From: Collinsella sp.
GTDB taxonomy: Bacteria; Actinomycetota; Coriobacteriia; Coriobacteriales; Coriobacteriaceae
DNA length: 64,000 nucleotides
NCBI GenBank assembly: GCA_036301625.1
Contig: JAXJEC010000042.1
Span: 11,229-75,228 of the forward strand
Direction: 5' to 3'
How positions within the stretch are numbered: the first letter of the stretch is position 1; the number at the start of each line of letters is the position of its first letter. The translations under genes and the position numbers were made by a program. The notes beneath the pieces were generated by a model. The model had not been told where the DNA came from. It ran no database searches and saw only the letters and a program-made list of their open reading frames with translations. This document shows positions 44,809 to 52,881 of the stretch, one piece after another.

Positions 44809-45702
44809 ATGGAATCCGTGAATGTTTGGAGCGCGCAAATCTCATCATTGCCTGGAGTCATCCCTATCCCCCTCGACCCAAGCTACCTTCGCAGTGAACC
44901 AAATAACCGCCTGAGCGTCCTAAGCTCAGATGGGAAACAAATCTATACGATCCTCAACAGGGTCGCTAAAGAGATTCTTGACTTATGCGACGGCACCTGC
45001 GATTTGCCCAAAATTCTCCGTCTGTTCCAAGAAAAATACCCAGATCAACCGCGCGAGACGCTAGCGCATGACCTGGCCCAAACCCTGCATAGCCTGACCG
45101 TAAACTGTCTTATCGTTTGGAAGAAAGAAGGGAGATATATGAACGACCCTTTCGGCTCCGATTACCTAACATCGGTGAATCCCGACGAGCTGCTTATTCT
45201 CGCGGACGCGAGCAGGTTTGCTGAAATCGAAGAGGCGGCTGCAAAATCCCTCTCTGCAAAACAGTCCAAAAATGGCAATAGGATCTATTTCTCTGAGTTC
45301 GACGTTGAGCCCGAATTGGAGAACTTTCTGGTTCTTCGCCAAAGGCTCTTTTCCTTTACCCATGATTATTTTCTACTCACGAGCCAGTCCGGAGAAATTA
45401 ATGGATTGATAATATGCGAGCCGGCCACTAATCCCGCCGGCCGCAGCGTCATCATCAAATTTATCTCATGCAGCTCCACGCTGCTTGCCGGTGTGCTCGA
45501 CCGCCTTGCGGAATACTACGGATCTTCCGCTCCCAAAGCCTACCGCGCGCTCAGAATTGACGCGCCTGATTCCACCCCAATCGCCGAACAACTTGACCAT
45601 TCCGACCAGCGCCTTGGCTTTTCCTTAGTCGGCACCCTGCCCAATGAGCTCGACTCGGGCGACGTCAAGCTGTTTGTTCGCCCGCTCGATAAGAAGCAAT
45701 AA
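44809..45702 (+). CDS. PqqD/RRE-domain protein with C-terminal GNAT-like region
   Basis: aaaggag RBS; LNRVAKEILDLCDG...YP.....LAHDL...L is PqqD-like; C-terminal GFSLVGTL...D is GNAT-like. Confidence 0.7.
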   Translation: MESVNVWSAQISSLPGVIPIPLDPSYLRSEPNNRLSVLSSDGKQIYTILNRVAKEILDLCDGTCDLPKILRLFQEKYPDQPRETLAHDLAQTLHSLTVNCLIVWKKEGRYMNDPFGSDYLTSVNPDELLILADASRFAEIEEAAAKSLSAKQSKNGNRIYFSEFDVEPELENFLVLRQRLFSFTHDYFLLTSQSGEINGLIICEPATNPAGRSVIIKFISCSSTLLAGVLDRLAEYYGSSAPKAYRALRIDAPDSTPIAEQLDHSDQRLGFSLVGTLPNELDSGDVKLFVRPLDKKQ

Positions 45703-46748
45703 TGAGCATGCCGGCAATAATCGGAGCGCCCCACAGCGTTGCGCTCGACATTACAAACAAATGCAACCTTCGTTGTCTACACTGCTTCAACAACAGTGGA
45801 GAAAACGATGTCGTCGCGAACGAATTATCCGACAACGAAGTCCTCGAACTCGTCGACTCGATTTGTCAAATGCACCCCTTTAGCTTCTGCTTCTGCGGAG
45901 GCGAGACCCTCCTGCGAAAGGATCTTGTCATCGAGTCCTTGCGGCGGCTCAGCGCATCTGGCGTCAAATGCAACCTCGTGTCAAACGGTCTGCTCGCAAA
46001 CTCAAATACTTTGCATGAGCTCGAACGCGCCGGTTTAAACGGCATACAGTTTAGCCTCGATGGCCTACGCGATTCTCACGAACATATGCGAGGACTCTCG
46101 GGATTATACGACCGGGTGCTCGACGCCATCGATATCACGCTGAACGAAACCTCACTGCACCTTTCAATTGCCTTTTGTCCGACATCGTTCAATGTCGACG
46201 ATTTCAAACCAGTTTGCACGATGCTTCGAGACAAGCTGAAATCGTCGGGTAGAACTGACCGAATTGACCTTAGAGTTCAGCCGCTCATGCTCCTCGGTAG
46301 AGCCCGAAGAAACCGCACGATTCGCCCTTCGAATAATCAATACCGTCGGCTAGTCAACACGATCAATGACCTTCGATACGATCCGGACTATCGAGGCTAT
46401 TTCATGCTTGAGTGGGGCGACCCCATCGACCACTTGGTCAGATTCCCTCAACTGCAAATGCAATTTGACCAAGTGGCCATCCACGCCAATGGCGATATCG
46501 TCGCATCCCCCTATATACCTCTCATCATCGGAAACGTTCGCAAACACAGCCTTCAGGAATACTACGATGCCGGAATGGCAACCGTTTGGGATAAGCCCGT
46601 TGTTACCGCGTTGGCCAATCGTATGCACTCGATTGACGAGACGGAAGAGATCTCATCGTTGATTGCAGACATCAATATGGACGGCGACCTCTATATCGAC
46701 CTGATCGACGATGATCTAGGCGACCTGAGCGTCCTGTCACAATTCTAA
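45702..46748 (+). CDS. Radical SAM peptide maturase without SPASM cysteines
   Basis: CNLRCLHC, GGE, SLDG; no Cys in C-terminal half; start overlaps upstream stop. Confidence 0.9.
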   Translation: MSMPAIIGAPHSVALDITNKCNLRCLHCFNNSGENDVVANELSDNEVLELVDSICQMHPFSFCFCGGETLLRKDLVIESLRRLSASGVKCNLVSNGLLANSNTLHELERAGLNGIQFSLDGLRDSHEHMRGLSGLYDRVLDAIDITLNETSLHLSIAFCPTSFNVDDFKPVCTMLRDKLKSSGRTDRIDLRVQPLMLLGRARRNRTIRPSNNQYRRLVNTINDLRYDPDYRGYFMLEWGDPIDHLVRFPQLQMQFDQVAIHANGDIVASPYIPLIIGNVRKHSLQEYYDAGMATVWDKPVVTALANRMHSIDETEEISSLIADINMDGDLYIDLIDDDLGDLSVLSQF

Positions 46749-46760
46749 GGAGATGTTCCC

Positions 46761-46943
46761 ATGTATGAGACCCCAGAAGTAGAGAAGATGGATTCCAAAA
46801 CCGGCCCCGTTCCCGTTGTGGTCAACTTTGCAGCCGTCGTGGATAACGTAGTCGCAGCCGTCTATGATGCCGTCGTTGCGGCCTACGCATTCTGGTACTC
46901 GGCAGACAACGACGGCACCGGGACGAGTGCAGCACAGAACTAG
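46761..46943 (+). CDS. Putative RiPP precursor peptide (60 aa)
   Basis: aaggag RBS; YETPEV leader; Val/Ala-rich core; directly after rSAM gene. Confidence 0.85.
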   Translation: MYETPEVEKMDSKTGPVPVVVNFAAVVDNVVAAVYDAVVAAYAFWYSADNDGTGTSAAQN

Positions 46944-47079
46944 TCGCCGGCTCATCGAGCAATCGCCTCGCCTATCACTGCATGCGATTGACTGCGCAGC
47001 CCCAGCCAACGCCCAAAGCGCCTTGAAGAGCTGCTTGTAACATTCGTTCATTCAACAGCGAGATCTCTTCACCATTCTC

Positions 47080-47117
47080 GGCCGGCCCGACAGATCGACA
47101 CATCAGTCGGGCCGGCC
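47080..47117. terminator. GC-rich hairpin downstream of precursor
   Basis: ggccggcccgac/gtcgggccggcc, 12-bp perfect stem. Confidence 0.55.
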
Positions 47118-47523
47118 AGACTTATACAACGCGGCGACTCCGCTCACGCCACCCCCCCCCGAAACTCACGCTGTCATCACACGGGCAATCAACAGTGAAT
47201 CCTGTTATGCGACATGGGCAAACGGCCACGTGCGCGATTAAAACGAATTCACTTAACAGACTTCAAGAATGCTTTAGCACCGCAGGATGGCCATACGCGG
47301 AGCGCGGCACGCATAAGCCAAAAGCGGCATTAAAAGCCATCCCCTTCCCTGCTGAATGCGCGTCCTAGCCCATCAACCGGTCGGACCATCGCGAAGATGA
47401 TCCGTGCTTCCATACTGCAATGCGATATCAAGCATCACGAATTGTCCCCGCCCAACGGGGTTCTCCCCTCCGCAGGCGTTTCGGAACCCGCCCCCATCCC
47501 AAATTCCCACGCAGCGGCCGCGT

Positions 47524-48012
47524 TCACCGCCGCCGCGGGGGCCCTAGCTCCCCCGCGGCGCGGGCACGGGCGGCGAGGTCGGATGTGAAAGCCGGACCGC
47601 AGAGGTATCGAGCGCACGCGGCCAGGGCCTCGAGGGCGCCTGGCGGGTAGGGAGATCCGAGCATGAGGCAGGACAACGCGCAGGCCCGCAAAAGGTTCAC
47701 GAGCTCCCCCGCGACGCGGCAGACCCTCGGCTGCCCCTCGTAAAGGATGCAGAAGACACGGTCGAGGTCCGACGGTTCGACCAGGCTGTACCGGCAGTCC
47801 GCGTACAGTGCGCAGCCCCTCCCGCGCGGGTCGCCGTCCGAGTCCTCATCCGGCTCATGATGGCGCACCTCGACCCAAAGGCCCTCCAACACATCGTCGA
47901 ACCCGAAATCGAGCTCCGCCTGGACGCTCTCGCCGAACGCATCGCCCAGGGCGAGCTCCGGCACCTTCGTCACACGGCCGTCCAGCCACTCAATCTCTGT
48001 CATCGCGCGCAT
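47524..48012 (-). CDS. Hypothetical protein in a high-GC segment
   Basis: ggaagggg RBS before ATG; host-like codon usage; no recognised motif. Confidence 0.55.
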   Translation of the reverse strand: MRAMTEIEWLDGRVTKVPELALGDAFGESVQAELDFGFDDVLEGLWVEVRHHEPDEDSDGDPRGRGCALYADCRYSLVEPSDLDRVFCILYEGQPRVCRVAGELVNLLRACALSCLMLGSPYPPGALEALAACARYLCGPAFTSDLAARARAAGELGPPRRR

Positions 48013-48506
48013 GGTCCAAGCCCCTTCCGACACGGGATTGTCAGCTCAACCCGACCCTTACCCATACGGACGAACATAACTCGCCAGGGGAAGCCCCTGA
48101 AGGCCGTGCGCCACAACATGAGGCCGAATCCGCCCCCGGCTGGACAGGCCAACAACGAAGGAGCACACGGAACCGGCGCGGCGTTACAACCGTCCCGGCA
48201 AGCGTGTCACTTGGCCAAGTCATGATGCCGACAAACCCGGAAATGCTCCAACGGAGCGCCGAACGAGCGTAACAATATAAAGCCGTGCAACACGCGTTGG
48301 ACGACCAGAACAACCCAAACAAAGGCCTGCCGGTCCCACCTTCAAGCCCAATAGCAAAATGTGCATCAGCGGATTTGCAGCGATACAAGTCTCAACCATC
48401 ACACCGCAGCGCGCCTAGTCCCACTCATCCTACTGCAAATGTCCCAGAACGAGAAAACGACCAGCTTAACATGTCACGCTTTATATCCGCACGCGCGTAA
48501 TTCAAC

Positions 48507-49130
48507 TCATAAGGACCGGCTATCCCTTACCTGTGACACAATCCCAAACGCACAGAACAGAATCATCAGCCCAATCATCGCATAAGAGGCAGCCGAACCT
48601 TCAAGCACTATTCCACAAAGAACAATCTCCGCGCCGCCAATGAGCACTGTTATCAGGCGCTCTGCCTTTTTGCTCCCGCCGCTCGCATGAAAAGGCGGCA
48701 AAGCGCACAAAATCACATATAGCCCGGGAAGGGAATACGGGATCGATAGTCCAACCCCTCCATCAACTGCAGTGTTTTGCGTAAGAATCAACTGGACCCA
48801 CACGGCAGTTATCACTGAACAGGTCGTCGATAAAAGAAGGCCAGAAATATAGCACGCAAGAAAGTTCCGTCGCATTCGAACGGAGAAATCCGCGAACTCC
48901 CTTCGCCGCGTGGAAACAATAAGGTACACAGAAATTGCAATAGAACCGATCAGAGAAAGCAGCGGAACAACCAGCAATTCAAACTTATTTCCCCATCGAT
49001 CAACCACGCCCCCACTCCAATGAGCTGGAATTGTATCGGGGAGGGCCGACCAAGCCGCCCATAGGATGAGAAATGGAAGAATAGAGAGGATGAAGGATGA
49101 TAACACTGCAGTATTTTTTGAGACTCTCAT
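48507..49130 (-). CDS. SdpI/DUF1648-family membrane immunity protein
   Basis: LPDTIPAHWSGGVVDRWGNK motif; multiple TM helices; aaggag RBS. Confidence 0.85.
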   Translation of the reverse strand: MRVSKNTAVLSSFILSILPFLILWAAWSALPDTIPAHWSGGVVDRWGNKFELLVVPLLSLIGSIAISVYLIVSTRRREFADFSVRMRRNFLACYISGLLLSTTCSVITAVWVQLILTQNTAVDGGVGLSIPYSLPGLYVILCALPPFHASGGSKKAERLITVLIGGAEIVLCGIVLEGSAASYAMIGLMILFCAFGIVSQVRDSRSL

Positions 49131-49328
49131 CGATTCCGCATCTCCTTGTGCGCCCGCATTCCACTCCGCCTTAAATCAAGTATAAATAAAAACTTGAATG
49201 CAAGTTTGTTTTGATTAGTATGGAAACTATATCCATTTAGTTCTAATTTGTTCGTAGTATCAAATCGATACCGACACTAGCATGACGTAGTCTTTCAAGA
49301 CAGCTATTCAACATTGGAGGTCACCGCT

Positions 49329-50054
49329 ATGGACAATGTGAACCACCTAAACGAACTCTCAATACAGTCCCAGCTTAGCATCCTTGAAAAACTGGTCGCG
49401 GACGCGGAACAATCTACCGACGCAAGACGCGATTTCGAAGCTCAGCCTCGTGCCGTATTCCAGAAATATGGAATTACAGACCTCCAAATCAAAGCGGGAA
49501 ATCGAAAAGTCTCTCTGTACGAACTGGTGGAGTCAACCGAAAAGGAGGCGCGTGTCCCCGTTGCACGCGCAGTATATCGTCGTATCCAACTTGCATATTA
49601 TGACGAGGACAACGAAGCTGAGCCGCAAACGATACCTCTCGTAAACGTTGTACTTAATGCAAACGCAGTAACGAACGCAAACATCATTCTGAACGCAAAC
49701 GGAATGGCAAACGCAAACGCGAATGCTCAAAACAACGCCAACCTTAAGTACGACGTCAACACAATGGGCTATGGATCAGCTATTTTTATGAACAAACCTG
49801 ATGTTGTTGAACTATCGGAATCGTACAAACAAACTTCTGTTTTCAGGAAATTTGATCAAGAGGGCTTGAGTGCAGCGAGGCAAGCAGCCATGCTTAAAAC
49901 AGCAATCAAGAATTCCAGCTCCAATACCATCAACCCCGAAGGGGCTTCCAATGGGGTCGCCCGCGGGTATTATCGCTCCGTCGAATTCGAAGTTACTTAC
50001 TCCGAGAACGAAGGCACCTTGGTAATCACCGACGCCCGTTTGCTCGCGGCATGA
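49329..50054 (+). CDS. Large RiPP precursor: NHLP-like leader, Asn-ladder core, C-terminal follower domain
   Basis: ggagg RBS; ARRDFEAQPRAVFQKYGI; core VNVVLNANAVTNANIILNANGMANANANAQNNAN; ATGA coupling to rSAM gene. Confidence 0.8.
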   Translation: MDNVNHLNELSIQSQLSILEKLVADAEQSTDARRDFEAQPRAVFQKYGITDLQIKAGNRKVSLYELVESTEKEARVPVARAVYRRIQLAYYDEDNEAEPQTIPLVNVVLNANAVTNANIILNANGMANANANAQNNANLKYDVNTMGYGSAIFMNKPDVVELSESYKQTSVFRKFDQEGLSAARQAAMLKTAIKNSSSNTINPEGASNGVARGYYRSVEFEVTYSENEGTLVITDARLLAA

Positions 50055-51130
50055 TTTCCGAAAGCTCGCAGCACGTGCTGTTCCGCAGACCTCGAATGCT
50101 GACATTTATAACAACATATAAATGTGGCGCTGTGTGTGATCATTGTCTGATGAGCTGCACTCCGAACAACAGTGACAGGCTTACTCTTCCCCAAATGCGG
50201 CAATTCATCGATAGCTTCGCCGAAGTATGCGTCGGAAGTGGTGTTGTTGTGTTTACGGGCGGAGAATGCACCCTTCTTGGCGATGACCTTCTCGAGGCCA
50301 TCGCATATGCGAATTCTTTAGGACTCTTTACTCGAATTGTAACGAATGCGTGGTGGGCAAAAAGCGAAAGAGACGCAGAAACGTTCCTCAACGAATTGAA
50401 GTCATGTGGCCTTGACGAAATCAATATCAGCTGCGACGACTTTCATGCGGAATATATACCCCTCGAGAATGTGCGCAACCTTTGGAACTCAGCAAAAACA
50501 ATGGGCTTTCAAACTCTCGGCATTGCGGTCTGCAGAGATAACAACAGTACAATCAGCCCGGCATACCTGTGCAAGTACCTTAATGAAGACATTCCACTCC
50601 TGCATCAGTTCGACGATAATACCCAGCCTCCCAGCGCGCCAGCCCGCTTCATCACGGATTCAGGCATCACGCGAATTGGGCGCGCACGAAATCTCAGTCT
50701 CAACCAAAATGCGCGACCGCAGGCACGTCTCTTAGCGTCACACTGTTCCGACTGCGGCCGAGACTTCGTTATTTCCCCAAACTGCCATCTTGCACCCTGC
50801 TGCGGAATAAATGCAGAGGGAACTTGGCTTTTCGATCTTGGCAAAATCAATCTGACGGATGACATTAATGAACTGCAGCTGCTCCTACTTAATTACATAC
50901 AATACATAGGACCAGGAGGGCTGCTGAAGCACTTGCGCACGAGCGGAGGCCTTTCTTCATTTGGGCGCTCAAGCTACCTCTCTCAATGCGAGATTTGCGA
51001 AGACATCGCCCTCTCGAAAGAGGCACAGACCTGTCTTGCAAAGCTAGCTCCTAAACTGGCAGCCGACTTGATTGTCGAGACTAAATTCGAGACTACCTTT
51101 ATCGGAAATGGGTCTGATATACATGATTGA
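50051..51130 (+). CDS. EpeE/YydG-like radical SAM peptide epimerase
   Basis: CGAVCDHC, FTGGE, TNAWW, ISCDDFH, PCC and C-terminal CEIC occur in the order known for B. subtilis YydG. Confidence 0.8.
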   Translation: MISESSQHVLFRRPRMLTFITTYKCGAVCDHCLMSCTPNNSDRLTLPQMRQFIDSFAEVCVGSGVVVFTGGECTLLGDDLLEAIAYANSLGLFTRIVTNAWWAKSERDAETFLNELKSCGLDEINISCDDFHAEYIPLENVRNLWNSAKTMGFQTLGIAVCRDNNSTISPAYLCKYLNEDIPLLHQFDDNTQPPSAPARFITDSGITRIGRARNLSLNQNARPQARLLASHCSDCGRDFVISPNCHLAPCCGINAEGTWLFDLGKINLTDDINELQLLLLNYIQYIGPGGLLKHLRTSGGLSSFGRSSYLSQCEICEDIALSKEAQTCLAKLAPKLAADLIVETKFETTFIGNGSDIHD

Positions 51131-52265
51131 AGTGCTACCCTCTTTAAATTCGCTCTCGAGTAATCCACTCCGTAGATTGGACACTCTTGGAGTAACAGAT
51201 TTTTTAGACACACTTGACATATCTATAGATCCTTTTGAATGCGCGCATCGCATCTGGGATCAACTTGACAGGGAGCATCAAGAGATCGTCTCCTTCCTGA
51301 TGCTAGGTGGAGAGATTGATCTCGATTCAGAAGTGGCAAAAAGAAGTCTGCTGAAAGGCACTGTTGAAACCATAGCCTCACTCGGGCTGCTAAGCAAGCA
51401 CAATGGCAATGCCTCCCTTTCCGGTTTATCTCTAATCCGATATCATGGCATCTGGCTTTTTGCCGATGCGCCATCACCCTCGCCTTTACTATATTTTGGC
51501 TCTGATTCAATTGGGCTCGCTCGTCGGCTAAGCCCATCCCCCGGAAAGAATGCCTTAGACCTCTGCTCTGGACCAGGCATCCAGGCACTCATACTGGCAA
51601 AATCTGGAATGCACGTCACGGCGATAGATATCAATCCAATCGCCTCAGAAATCTGCCAACTAAACGCACTGGTCAATGGTATTAGCGAAGATTTAACTGT
51701 TCTAACCGGAAGTCTCTACAACGCACTAAACAATATCGAAAGCTCTTGCAGCTATGAACTCATTACGGTGAATCCTCCTTTGCTCCCAATCCCAGAAGAC
51801 GTACCATACCCCTTCGTTGGCGATGGCGGCCCAGATGGCCTCAACATCACAAGCAAGGTTATTCGAGGTGCAGGAGATAAACTCACTGATAGCGGATACC
51901 TCTCTGCAATTGGAATGATTGGCCTTGGAACCAACAATCAATCAGCATTTGAACGAATACAGAACGATTTGTTGCAAGCTGGCCTCAATGGCGTCTTGAC
52001 AATAATCTCGAGCTTTAACCTCGGACCCCAATCTGGCTGGATCGACGGTATCGCATGCACATCTGTTGCACATGCTCCAGGAAAATATTCCAGCAAAGAG
52101 GAGGCTGTAAAACAGATATCGCGCGCATACAAAAAAATCCACTACGACCGCGTCTGCACCTATCACTTGAAGGCGTGGAGGGAGAGACAGCCCTTTCAAA
52201 ATCCCATCCTAACGATTCAAGACTGCTCCGCAGATGGCAACCCACTTGGCCCCTGGATCCTCTAA
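51123..52265 (+). CDS. Class I SAM methyltransferase, HemK/PrmC-like (amide N-methyltransferase)
   Basis: ALDLCSGPG, AIDINP, VNPPLLP, GGPDG. Confidence 0.85.
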   Translation: MIEVLPSLNSLSSNPLRRLDTLGVTDFLDTLDISIDPFECAHRIWDQLDREHQEIVSFLMLGGEIDLDSEVAKRSLLKGTVETIASLGLLSKHNGNASLSGLSLIRYHGIWLFADAPSPSPLLYFGSDSIGLARRLSPSPGKNALDLCSGPGIQALILAKSGMHVTAIDINPIASEICQLNALVNGISEDLTVLTGSLYNALNNIESSCSYELITVNPPLLPIPEDVPYPFVGDGGPDGLNITSKVIRGAGDKLTDSGYLSAIGMIGLGTNNQSAFERIQNDLLQAGLNGVLTIISSFNLGPQSGWIDGIACTSVAHAPGKYSSKEEAVKQISRAYKKIHYDRVCTYHLKAWRERQPFQNPILTIQDCSADGNPLGPWIL

Positions 52266-52532
52266 AGCATCCGTCATACGAAAGCAGGTCAATAGGCTGC
52301 GCGCCACTCTCTGATGACGCGCAGCCTATCTCATTTCCCCCACGCTTTACCGAGCCCGACTCACACCTCATAGTTGGCACCGGTTTTCAAAATGCAAGAT
52401 TCCGCATACAAAATCACTTCTTCTGTCTAGGTGGCAGACCTACGATTTTTGTAGTATAAAGTTCCTCTCAATGCCTTCAATCTATTTCGAGATTGAGAAG
52501 AACTTGCATCGGGTTTCATAGAAGCGATATAG

Positions 52533-52658
52533 ATGATACGTTTTGTCCTATCTATATTCCGACATACATCAGGATGCCTCGTCTTTATCGTCATTTCAAT
52601 AGTCGGCTTGGCCCTTTCCCACATTGCCCCCTTTTTGAACGGTAAATTAATTGACTTC
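52533..52658 (+). pseudogene. N-terminal stub of an ABC exporter
   Basis: First TM helix then IAPFLNGKLIDF, resembling VMPALNGGFVDF of 42578..44182; abrupt switch to high-GC sequence. Confidence 0.6.
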
Positions 52659-52857
52659 CCGCACGTGGACCTCGTGGACAGGCCCCCTTGTGTAGCTGCA
52701 CCCGAGGCGCCTCCCCGTCGCCCTCCAGCGCCGGGGTTCCCCTCCATCACGAAGAGGTAATCCCCGTCCGGCCTCGCCGTCTCTGCAACGCCGAGCCTCC
52801 CGAGCGACTCGAGGAGGGCGGGCTCGTCCCAGGAGATTTGACAATACTATAGAGACA

Positions 52858-52876
52858 CGTCCCAAATTAGCTACTC
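52858..52876 (+). repeat. 3' half of the split REP arm (family B)
   Basis: cgtcccaaattagctactc is the exact reverse complement of 41478..41496. Confidence 0.9.
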
Positions 52877-52881
52877 AGTAG

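Larger units (their letters stand above)
41572..52858. mobile_element. Accessory island with two RiPP clusters, inserted inside a REP arm; no mobility gene
   Basis: Joining 41571 to 52859 restores the right arm of the inverted repeat; lower GC; interrupts the PDRP-ppdK gene order. Confidence 0.8.

Noticed and set aside
46761..46943. Lasso peptide (YxxP leader, TG motif) or sactipeptide
   Set aside because: No lasso cyclase or transglutaminase-like peptidase in the island; no Cys in the peptide
49641..49760. aacgca repeats as a DNA microsatellite or CRISPR-like array
   Set aside because: Synonymous codon variation (aat/aac, gca/gcg/gct/gcc) shows the repeat is at the protein level; no repeat-spacer structure
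41478..52876. 19-bp perfect inverted pair (41478..41496 / 52858..52876) as transposon terminal inverted repeats
   Set aside because: Both belong to a host REPIN whose right arm is split at 41571/52859; no TSD or transposase, and an unsplit relative exists at 60873
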